From Catajapyx aquilonaris (Eukaryota), in contig JYFJ02001287.1 in assembly GCA_000934665.2 (NCBI GenBank), positions 62,001-84,451 of the forward strand: a DNA stretch of 22,451 bases, given 5' to 3'. The notes below the pieces were generated by a model that saw only the letters and a program-made list of their open reading frames with translations, did not search any database and was not told the DNA's origin. The translations under genes and the position numbers were made by a program. Every line of letters begins with the position of its first letter. Positions within the stretch are counted from its first letter, which is position 1. Positions 12,301 through 21,878 of the stretch are shown piece by piece.

Positions 12301-15300
12301 AAGGGCAAATAAAAGTGAGAAGGCCACTTTCTGCAGACATGAGAATAGGTAGAGTTCCCATGCAATAAATCAAACAATTGGCAACCATCATGTGATAACA
12401 AAATTTGTTGTCACATGATGTTGCCAATTGTTTCTGTCAAATCTGAGTGTAATCTGAAGTGAGTGTAAAGGTGCATTTACATGTGAGAAATTTGACGAGC
12501 GAAATCTTCACCGAGGCTGAAATTAACAATCGATTTCCGCCTCAAACAATATTGGTTACCAGTACTTGGGTTACGTAGCCTAGGCGAAGATTTGGCTCGT
12601 CAAATCGCTCACATGTAAATGCACCTTAAGTCTTATTTCATAGAGCAATACGAGCTTTCTGGTTGGCACTTACTTGATCTTGAAACATGGCAGCTCCAAA
12701 AGCCCACACAAATGCAAAGACAAAGTACATTTCGTACACCTCCTTGGGAGAGTCAGGTGTCACATTTTCAGGTGTAAGAAGGCAATTCAACAGATGGCAC
12801 AACATCTGAATGTGTGATATTTCAGCAATAGGGGTTATCTTCTTGAAACGCACTCGCACTGTTTCCAAAACTAAGGGCACGTATTTGTCAAACAGTATCA
12901 TCAAATTTGCCTTCTCTGACTGCACAGTACGAGTCTCAATCCAGCTGGCTACAAACCTAAAGTCAATAGAGAAAATTAGCAATTGCAGCGATTCATTATT
13001 TTACCATAATACAAGTGGCAACGCATTACTAACGGATTCCACCCGAGATCCTGAGGATTTATGTACAGAATTCCTGCTCGAGACACAGTGGCAGGAGTGG
13101 CAGTCCTTAGATTTGATATCTCAAATATCAGTCTCATAGCACGTGTTAGTGCTATACGTTCATTGCTGGCTAAGGTCAAAACCTATGGAAAAGAATGCCA
13201 CATGTTACAAAGTTTTCTTTAAGTAATAAAGCTGCACTCCATTTGATTCTCAAAGTAATTACCTTATTATCATCCATAACTGTGTTGAGGGATTCAATCC
13301 ACATTGGATCAATGTCTCCATCAAGCACAATCCATTTTGGCCCATCTCCAGTGAGGTTGGCTTGGTCTCGCATGATTACAGAGAACAAACCTAATACGAT
13401 GACAGTAAACATGTAAAATGTTGTCATGTGGTTTTAAGCACAGGATCAAGAGCATTTCTTTAACTGATTGTGTTAATTGCAATGTGCTTAATAATAACTA
13501 GGAGAAATAGCATTTGCACTGCTCAAACCTCACAGTAAATTTCATATCAATTCCATTTCATTCTTATTACTGACTGCAAAGCCAAATAGTACTTGAACTA
13601 GTATCTGTTACATGAAGGTCTTTGGTATCAAACTGGGACAGAGTAATAAATTTTAGGTTTAAAATCTGCAACTTGTATAAATTAAATATGTTTAGTGTAC
13701 ATAAAATAGTGATTAAAATATCTGAACATGGGAACAACTATCTGTCAGGTCAACTATGGAATACAGAAATGTAAAAGATACAGCATTTTTTTAGCTAGAG
13801 AGAAAACCTGTTAGTCAATGTCAGTATTTATGCAGAGAATGTCCAAGCCTTCCATGAACCCCAACACACTAAAAAAGTTTATAATAATAACTCAAATAAT
13901 AACTTTGTTTTAAGGGATAAAAGTAAATCACATTGTCACTACTTCGATCACAAAATCACTAACCGTCTTTCCATTCTCGAGTTGAAGGATTTATGATTCC
14001 AAAGAGTTCATCATTGGTTACTGCTTTAGGGTTCAGGTCATTAAAGAAGGGTTTAAGTTTTTTATTCTGGTAGGTCTTGAACAAAGTCTTCCACACTTGC
14101 GTCTTGCCTGTTCCAGCATATCCCACAATAAATACTGAGTGTCGTACCGCAAGTAACTCTTCCAGTTGCACAACCTTAAAATGAACACAGAGCAGTAATA
14201 AGTAAATAAATTGTGGAAATGAACTGCATTAATGCCAAATAAATAAATAAATAAAAATAACTAAATCAAGAAACAAAGTAACTACTCAATCAATTGAAAC
14301 ATGGACAATCATACTTTCAAAATGAAGCTATCCTCAGACTGCAGCTTCAAGTCTTGAACAGCCTTCTTCACTTCTTTTTCAAAAGTTGGATCCCTCTTCC
14401 GAGGAACATCCAGGGCGGGGAACAGATCCCCAATCAAACCCATAAACACAGGGACATCATCAGTCACGATCTTAGGGATGTTGAAATCTCGAAGGGCTCG
14501 CATGAGTACTTGGTCTTCGGGACGTCCTGGATCACCTCTCTAAGACACAGCAAGACACCATCCAGGTTCATATTAATGTGAATGGTTACAAGTCACCAAA
14601 AAGTTACAAAGCACAAAATTGTCATTCTCACCTTGAGTGCTCCAGCAACCACAAGCACAGATTTTATAGCCCTCAGCCCCCAATCATAGTGATCTTGCTT
14701 TGACAACAGTTCCTTACACAAAGTGTACAGGGTGATGAACTTACGGGCCAACAGCCTGGCTTCCATAAAGCCTTCAGCCACCAACATGATTTCACAGATC
14801 AGCTCAAAATCTGGTACAACCATAGCACAGGGCCTGGGATAGAGTTAGTAAGAATATTCATATCAGTTCCTTTGCAATACAATTTTAGTTTATCAAGGGG
14901 ACAGCAGAGCAAAGGCTATTCACTCATAAAACATTTTTGTCATGGTTTTCAAAATATATTTTAGAAACTTGAGACGAAACAGTTTATAAAAGAGAGGAGA
15001 GAATAGCATTTATCCCCTTCATCAAATTTGTATGTACTATTTAAAATATGCATCCTCTACTATGAAATAAAAGAATGTGTGTGTGCTACTTTCCTCGCAA
15101 TAGAAAATAACACTGCCCAAAGGCAAGTTTGTTGGTACAAGACGTCCTGGAACATACTGTACGTTTTGAGACCAATAAACTATTGAGATGCAACACGGCA
15201 CACTAATGCAGTTGCACATGTGAAAGTTTTGCTTTCTAACTTGTCCCATGCAAATTATACTGTATATTACCATTTTGCCATTTCATCTTATGAAGAGACC

Positions 15301-18300
15301 TTATTGTTACAATATGTATAATCCACCTTTTTGAACAGTGCAACAATGGGGAAGTAGCCTTCATTTTGGAAACTACATAATAAATTCGCCCATATTTTTT
15401 GGATTTTTTTGGCATATTCCGTTTTAAGATATCAGTTTCAGTTCCGGAGTAATTGGGGTTTTTATGTAGGCAAATGGTGACGTCACTGTTTGCCTAGAAA
15501 ATGTTGACGTCACGCGAAGTGAAATGAACGCAAAAATGGTGTTATAGAACGTGCCCCGCCATTGTCGTAAAATGCTTCGCTGTTGTTAGCAACCGTCCCA
15601 TTCCGTGAGCAAGATAGCGGCCGGGGCGCGTATTTATTCCAGGCCGCTCAAATCGCTTCTGGGCTGACAGTGGTGCCAACTGGTAGGAATTATCTGTCAC
15701 CCGAATTCGGCACATAAAGGTCCCTTTTCTCCACCTCGATGGCCTACAGCCGCCTTGCTAATGCTTTCCGTCGTGTCCGCGGATAATTCAAAGTCAAATT
15801 CCTCATATCTCGCAGTCAACCAGGCATTTCAGTGTACCCTTTCGATTGGCTGCCCCATTTTTCCCGCCAATTTTGAAGGCACTTTTAAATGTGCCGTAAT
15901 TTATCCAGTAATGTCATTTTGATGCAACAAAGTGATGGAATGTATGTTTACAGGCATGGGCTAGCTAGTTATGAACAAAAATCCCAAATCCCAGACCAAG
16001 GCTACTTCCCCATTCCGCCCCTCTCCAGTGCAGTGGTGTGACTTTTGTGGAAGGCAGCTACTATGGGTGAAATATCACAAAGCTAGGAATTGTGCACAAT
16101 TACCACGAGATATCAACCAAGTGTGACGTCGTCTCAAAAATCTCTCAAAAGTCAGGCCACCAATTGGAATAGAGAGCGGAATATGATAAATGCCCCTTCA
16201 AGTCCTCACCGGAACAAAGCCTTCAAGTTCTCAGGTAATTCTGTTCGTCCAGCATAGCCAGGGTTCATTGTGATGAACATTCCAACTGATGGTATCAGAG
16301 ATATCTCTTCTCCCATAAAAATGAACCTTTTCTTCTTATCCCGAATGGCATCCTTAAAATATTACACAATGTATTGCTCAACAAGCGTCAATTTTCATTT
16401 TAAACATGTTGCCCCTACTAAAATCCAACAATATTCACCTGTACACTCTTTACTTGCACTGCAACAACAGACAACACCTCCACCGAGATACGGTTGAATT
16501 CATCAAAGCATCCCCAGGCACCTGTCTGAGCCAGCCCTTTGTAAATATTTCCACAAGACTGGAAGAAGTAAGGAATAAGCATTAAAACTCAACATGCCTT
16601 GTGTTTCAGGAGAGTTTTGATTTGGAATCTTACCCTGTAGTCCATTTGTTCGGAGCAATTGAATACATAAACCATGATTCCTAGGGCCCTTCCTAAATCT
16701 TTAGTTGTTTCTGTTTTCCCTGTTCCAGCTGGGCCTGCTGGAGCTCCTCCCATAATCAAATGTAGAGACTAGAAAAGCATAGAAGTCAAATGTCAACTAT
16801 TAGCTTTTGGGGCATTGCATCACAGTCAGCGTGCATACCTGTGTCAGAGTAATGTAGCATCGATCGGTAAGTGGAGTAATGACAAGTCGAGGTGTGTTAC
16901 CCAAATATTCATGAGAATATCGAAACTGGGCATCACAAATATTTGCAAAGCAATCCTTTTCTTTGTCATCCCACCTATAATTCAATGTGAAATACGTGTA
17001 TACAACCAACTTTAGGAACCAACAGTGATTATTTTAAATCATGGTTGACAAGTAATTCAGCAACAGATATCTTCCCAAGCAAGTTTACACTGTCATGAAA
17101 AGTTACTGTGCAAGCAATTTTTCACCAAATTTAACATCCTTCTGCAAAGTAGAAGCCCTTGTGAATGAAGACAGCAGTTTCCACATAGAGGTGCACAATC
17201 TCTTATCCAAAACTCCGAAAACTGAAAAGCTCCAAATACTGAAATTGAAACAAAGGTTTTCTGCTCATTAAAGCTTGCATTTGATGCCGGGAATGTTCCA
17301 ACTTCAAGACAACAGCGACAACATTCTTGTACCCTCTTCAGCAGGATCCTTTGTCTAGGGATAATGTGCCTCTGAACTGCAGAAATACTGTTTTTAAAGC
17401 AGGGAAACAATTTCTAATAATAGACAATTAAGTGAGAAGTTGAAAGAGGTCGTGCACCTCTTATCTCACTCTGTCCATTGCTCACTCTTCCTTTTTCTCA
17501 CCAGGCACATAACAACCCAGAAGATTCTATAGTATACCTGATTGCCTTGTAAAACTCACCTGTGGCGAAGTTGTGACTGCCACTGAAATGCAGTCACACT
17601 GTCCACTTTCTGTGCAATCAGCTTGGCAACAACATCTCGTGAATGGACATCAATAGTACAAATAGTCATAACTTTTTGCCTATCTTGTGCATTTAAATCA
17701 CCAATGAGCAAGGTAATTAGCGCATTCAGTTGGTTAATCTGTAAATTAAAACCATAATGGCATAAAATAGCATTGGTACTATTCCCATGTTACAGCATAC
17801 CTGCTTCTTCTGGTAGTCTTTCATTGCATTTTCATAGCCTTCTTCGAGACGGGCAAATGAAGAATTTACCTCTGTGGTCCACCAAATCTGGGTTCCACAG
17901 AGAGATACCTGAGCTGGAAAGTCAAACACCCACACCTCACGAGCCTTATCTTCATAGCTGACAACAGCTTCGCCAAAGTAATGTCGCACAGTTTCCCTCA
18001 TTTTAGCCTCAAGTCGGCTGAGCCATGTCTCCACCTGCATCATGCAATGTTTCCAAGAATAAAGTGTCATCAATAGCATCTAAAGCATCCAGGTACTGTG
18101 TGAATAATAAGCCACTTAGATGCAATAATATTTCGAATCAGGTCACATAATAATAATGTGTGGTAGTTACACAGAGAGCTTCTACTCATATCAACATCCA
18201 ACACTCCTCTTTTGAGAGTTGCTTCTAGTGAATTCTAGTCGACACAAGCAAAATAATTTCATGTACACCAGCATGAATGGGTATTTGTATTTTGTTAAAA

Positions 18301-21300
18301 TTTCATTTGGCAATAATTATAAGGCTGTAAAATCCACTTGGGGATCAGGAGCAATAACACTATTAATATACCTGGTAATATCAATGCAGTTGAGTCAATA
18401 AGTGGTCATAAAAAATATATTATCTACAGTCCAGGTGCTAAGGGACAAATTTGGGGCAAACTCTATATTTTGTAACGAAACTATGAAACTCGGTACACTT
18501 GTTCTTTGGACACTTCTGATCATATCTGGACGTGGGGCCACGATGACCCACCCCAATGAAGGGCACTCTTGCTGGGTTGCCATATCTTAACAGAATGTCC
18601 AACATAGCAATAGTGCCCTCCATCGGGGTGGGTCATTGTGGCCCCATGTCCAGATATGTTTGGAAGTGTTCAAATAACAATGAATGGCCCTCTGGAACAA
18701 AAGCCCAAGTCCAGTCCAAGAAATGGGTGGGCACGAAGGAAATATTTTTTTTGCTGGACATGCCAATGAGTCCTTGGCATTTGACTTCGTGAAACAGGTC
18801 CGTAAAGGCCTCCCGAATATATGGTGATTTTGCCACATCGATACAACAATCAGGGGAACCGTATTTTGCAATTTACTGATTTGGACTTGGGCTTTTGTTC
18901 CTTGGGAATGATGGACTTGGGCTTTCGTTCCATAGGAACGTGGATTGCTGAAAACGAATTCTGTTCAGTGGCTGCTAATATTAACATGGATTATTTAGCT
19001 GTTGCATTGAAAGTAGCTGCTAGTTTGAGTTTAATAGGTTTAATATTAATTAATATTAATTAATAGTAATTTATTTATATTAATATACATTAATCTATAT
19101 TAAGATTAATTTTATAGTAATTTATTTATATTAATATACATTAATCTAGAGAGTGCCCTTCATTGGGGTGGGTCATCGTGGCCCCACGTCCAGATATGAT
19201 CAGAAGTGTCCAAAGAATAAGTGTACCGAGTTTCATACTTTTGTCACAAAATGCAAAGTTCAAGCCCTCAGCACCCGGACTACTAGTAAAACAACATACC
19301 GCTCCATCACAGTCACAGTCCTCCTTAAAGGCAACAACCTCTCCATCCTTGGAAAACATTTCATAAGCATTTTTAGATGCTTTTCTAAATGACAATGCTG
19401 ACATTGAATCAAAAAGTTTCGTCAAATGCCTGAAAAATGAAACAAATAAATGAGTCATTATAATTTCAGTATATCAATGTCATACTGTGTCTTCTTACTT
19501 GGCCACTATATCAGGCTGAGTGCCATTGGACAAGATGTCCAAAAGATCAGCTGAAGACACGAAGTAAAATCGAGGAAATGCCAGCCTTTTTGTTTCCAAG
19601 TATTCTGCCAGAGCCTTTTCACAAATGAGCAATCTTTTTTGTATGTCATCCAACTTGTCATACAAGCCTGGCCTGTTTGTAGCTTCCACAACATTGGGTA
19701 TGTTAGCTACCTCTGCTAAGATTGCCTGGTTTCAAAAAAAGGGTATTAAATAGACTATTTGTTTTACCATTCTGATGTATGGTTCTTCCATTTCACAACA
19801 GCCTGTTCTGGTGGTTGACCCTCAAGATTTCAGTGAAAGCATTACGGGTCTTTCAATCACTAAGTGAATGCTAAATTGAATATTTTTTTATTTTTGGAAT
19901 AAAATTGAAGAAAACATAGCAAATAAAAATAACCATCCTTAATGTAATGGTGTCAAGTATTCCTTTTAATGGGGGAGGCATGGTGGCCGAGTCGGTAACA
20001 ACTTGGCTTGCTGAGAGGAAGGTCCCAGGTTCGATCCCCGGCTGGGAGTTATCTTTAGCCTGCATCAGGAGGGTCTCTGACCTGCGCCTTGGAGGTGTCT
20101 GGAAACCTAGCCTCCAGGGGGACAGCACATAACCCATTTTCCGACATTGCACCTGCACCTGTGTTTCCTCCCCAAATACCCCCATCCCTACCCCATGTCT
20201 TTTCTTCCTTGCATCGGAGTTGAAGAAAAATATAAGAAAATTGAATTTACAGTGGCTCTCCACCCCCCTCTTATGGGGTAACATTTTAAAAAAGTATTCC
20301 TTTTATTAGAGTTACACAAAACATATACTGTGCCTATCAAATGAAGGAAAACATAGTGGTACTGCAATACTGTCCGCATCCATAGAAAAAAAAAGTCCCT
20401 AGATCAATCTCAAACCTGCGTGTCCATTTCTGCCGTCAAAACCGAAAACACAATAAGTCGCATTTCCCACCAATGCAACGTACCATGTTTTCGGTTTTGG
20501 CAGCAAGTTTCTACCTTGTGAAGAGTTCAGGATCACTCTGGTTTCATCTGGGATAAAATTATTCCTTCCACTAATCACCCAGAACACACACTAATATGAC
20601 CCATTTCATAGTCATGCACTTGCATCTCCTCTCCCACCATCTTGCCTTCCACTGTGTCCATCATAACTATAAAGGCCTCAAAGTTATAAAAATATAAAAA
20701 TAATGGTGCATCTTTACCTCTACGCTCTTTCACACTATTTATGCTGATACTTCACACCATTACACACAAAAAAATCACTTTTCCATTGGTTACATTTTTA
20801 CTTCTGGAAAAATCTAAAATCTTGGATTTAGAAATCACTTAGGCTTAGGGCTATCCCCATACTTTCATTTCACCAACATTCTATATGGTTGAGCCATCCA
20901 TTCTTGAAAATCTTGGTGTTTTGACATGGAACGATCCATAATTAGGTGTACCGTACCTTAAAGTCATGATCGATGGTGTCAAAAAGTGCTGATTCCTTGG
21001 GAAGCTGTTTCCTGATGTCCTCAGAGCCAATAAATATTGACTCCAAATGTGTCCAGGTGCGCTGAACTTCAAACCAAATAGTAATTATCTGGTCAGCCAT
21101 GGAGAGTTTCTGCTGCCAAGTGTACACAGCGGTGTAGAAGAAATCAATGTACTTGGACGTCATCAAGTTTTGCAACTGAGACTGATTGTCTTCCAGTGTC
21201 TCAATGAGTTCTTCGCTGGCTCTGAGTAAGGTGCATCCAGTGCGAGTGTGTTTTTCATGCTCAAATTCCATCATGGCCCATGTGGTCTCCAGTTCTTTCA

Positions 21301-21878
21301 ATGTCTTCTCCATTGATGTTTCCTTAACAGCCTTGTCAACAATGTTCTTCACTTCATCCTCAAACTTATGCAAGTTCAAAGCTAGCAAGTCAGCCAAGGT
21401 AGTGTCTGCATCCATGGTAAAGTACACCTTGTAAATAAAAAGTTATGCAATATTAATATCATGTGCAAATAATACACACACATATACAAATATCAAGAGT
21501 GACAGTGAGGTATAATTTACTCCGGTAGCTTGCATTAGCTGATCCCAGTGACGCTCTCTCAAAGATGGATTCTGCAATTCTCCAACAGCTCTCATCGAAG
21601 TCAACATATTCTTCACCATGTTCTCCACAGTAATAAATGTATCCCAGTTACGCATTTCCTTATCAAGACCTAAATTTCATATGTTGATCAGTTTCAGCAA
21701 GAAAATTACAAATTACTATAGTGCAGTGGGCTGCTTCAATCCCTTGTGATCTACCTCGGATTTCCTTGGCAAATCTCTTGCACTCCATATCCATAGTCTC
21801 TACATCCACTTGTTTCCAAGGACTTTTTTCCCAGTCATCAAAGCATGATTGGACAAGGCTTAGGTAGTCCCAAAGTTG
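400..21878 (-). CDS. Dhc93AB: Axonemal dynein heavy chain, outer-arm beta type (DNAH9/11/17-like; insect Dhc93AB/kl-5 group); 5'-partial, 50 coding exons in window
   Basis: Hand-spliced exons in transcript order: 21878-21755, 21669-21521, 21427-20957, 19725-19499, 19429-19300, 18034-17801, 17738-17560, 16974-16839, 16768-16634, 16558-16439, 16352-16210, 14833-14632, 14539-14315, 14174-13964, 13390-13263, 13182-13034, 12956-12674, 12103-11930, 11853-11661, 11589-11477, 11400-11207, 10976-10757, 10104-9943, 9875-9676, 9622-9466, 9196-9008, 8947-8708, 8632-8399, 8133-8007, 7847-7714, 7625-7497, 7399-7243, 7152-7010, 6513-6040, 5974-5781, 5714-5204, 5129-4959, 4837-4689, 4612-4445, 4024-3892, 3813-3670, 3584-3447, 2788-2563, 2478-2303, 1799-1557, 1486-1304, 1240-1067, 997-849, 786-654, 561-400. 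All junctions are GT-AG, phases match, total 9540 nt. Dynein motifs: [101 protein letters not shown]-terminal YECPVYKT...[12 protein letters not shown]. Family assignment is confident; the exact paralogue (Dhc93AB vs kl-5) is inferred. Confidence 0.96.
3025..3384 (+). mobile_element. tRNA-derived SINE, copy 1 (intronic, antisense to dynein)
   Basis: A box TGGCTGAGATGG (3036-3047), B box GGTTCGATCC (3080-3089), (AAAT)n tail ~3350-3382, perfect 14-bp TSD ATATGAGTTGTCCA at 3011-3024 and 3385-3398. Homologous to 19971-20291. Confidence 0.92.
4093..4257. mobile_element. GC-rich MITE, PIF/Harbinger-like, inserted in a (CA)n tract
   Basis: 44-bp TIR beginning GGGGCCGTGCAGACGGGCCAAGCTT (first 25 bp perfect, 2 mismatches in 44). 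ACA on both flanks (4090-4092, 4258-4260) is a possible 3-bp TSD. CA repeats lie on both sides. Superfamily is inferred. Confidence 0.85.
6040..8133 (-). other. Dynein stalk region: coiled coil 1, microtubule-binding domain, coiled coil 2 (exonic parts)
   Basis: Translates [38 protein letters not shown]...[33 protein letters not shown]...[16 protein letters not shown], the typical dynein stalk sequence between AAA4 and AAA5. Confidence 0.85.
6651..6948. mobile_element. Degenerate inverted-repeat element (old MITE)
   Basis: TAGGAGTGAGAAAT (6673-6686) is perfectly inverted at 6910-6923. Outer CTCAATGCAAGT (6653-6664) is inverted 11/12 at 6935-6946. No TSD seen. Confidence 0.5.
9553..9576 (-). 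other. AAA4 Walker A motif GVGGSGKQ
   Basis: Direct translation in exon 9622-9466 ([19 protein letters not shown]). Confidence 0.95.
10252..10624. mobile_element. Tc1/mariner (pogo/Tigger-like) MITE
   Basis: TA at both flanks (10250-10251, 10625-10626). TIRs CACTGCACTCCCGATTAT / CATTATACTCCCGATTAT (15/18). Subterminal GATAATCGG/CGGATAA motifs. Confidence 0.78.
11743..11766 (-). other. AAA3 Walker A motif GGAGCGKT
   Basis: Direct translation in exon 11853-11661 ([15 protein letters not shown]). Confidence 0.95.
12469..12626. mobile_element. PIF/Harbinger (Tourist-like) MITE
   Basis: 50-bp TIR AGGTGCATTTACATGTGAG... (45/50, first 19 perfect). TAA TSD at 12466-12468 and 12627-12629. Length 158 bp. 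Confidence 0.92.
14100..14123 (-). other. AAA2 Walker A motif GYAGTGKT
   Basis: Direct translation in exon 14174-13964 ([18 protein letters not shown]). Confidence 0.95.
15345..16014. mobile_element. Unclassified non-autonomous DNA element with 17-bp perfect inverted repeats
   Basis: AATGGGGAAGTAGCCTT (15345-15361) is inverted at 15998-16014. Interior is GC/CpG-richer than the intron. No long ORF and no clear TSD. Confidence 0.7.
16712..16735 (-). other. AAA1 (principal ATPase) Walker A motif GPAGTGKT
   Basis: Direct translation in exon 16768-16634 ([19 protein letters not shown]). Walker B CFDEFNR is in exon 16558-16439. Confidence 0.97.
17188..17460. mobile_element. Degenerate MITE, possibly pogo/Tigger-like
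   Basis: TIRs GAGGTGCACAATCTCTT / GAGGTGCACGACCTCTT (15/17). TA at the left flank, TTA at the right. Short subterminal CCGAAA/CTGAAA-type repeats after the left TIR. Confidence 0.6.
18427..19282. mobile_element. Long-TIR fold-back non-autonomous DNA transposon, Academ-like
   Basis: Left arm 18427-18569 and right arm 19150-19282 are inverted, with an 88-bp core carrying 1 mismatch. Termini CAGTCC...GGACTA. 3-bp TSD CTA (18424-18426, 19283-19285). Third partial arm copy at ~18612-18680. Superfamily is inferred from termini, TSD and TIR length. Confidence 0.85.
19063..19148. repeat. 35-bp AT-rich direct repeat (2 copies) inside the long-TIR element
   Basis: ATAGTAATTTATTTATATTAATATACATTAATCTA at 19063-19097 and 19114-19148. 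Confidence 0.9.
19971..20291 (+). mobile_element. tRNA-derived SINE, copy 2 (intronic, antisense to dynein)
   Basis: A box TGGCCGAGTCGG (19984-19995), B box GGTTCGATCC (20028-20037). TSD AAGTATTCCTTTTA(A/T)T at 19955-19970 and 20292-20307 (15/16). Short A tail. Colinear with 3025-3384. Confidence 0.92.
20431..20505. repeat. 20-bp inverted repeat with 35-nt spacer
   Basis: TGCCGTCAAAACCGAAAACA (20431-20450) versus TGTTTTCGGTTTTGGCAGCA (20486-20505), 18/20 complementary. Confidence 0.75.

Noticed and set aside
15560..15900. Transposase or THAP-domain remnant in the 670-bp element
   Set aside because: Only an M-L-R-C-C start followed by a stop; no ORF of 60 aa or more and no convincing motif.
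18395..19392. Repeated peptide ORFs ([27 protein letters not shown]) or a CRISPR-like array
   Set aside because: They come from the inverted arms of one transposon. There is no repeat-spacer periodicity, and the DNA is eukaryotic.
612..21434. Plus-strand ORFs in the track (e.g. 870-1253, 4460-4801, 8787-9284)
   Set aside because: They are antisense shadows of dynein exons or lie within repeats, and show no recognisable domains.
400..21878. Pseudogene, non-canonical introns or duplicated mutually exclusive exons in the dynein gene
   Set aside because: The fragmented ORF track is explained by GT-AG introns with consistent phase, and I saw no duplicate exon copies in the long introns.
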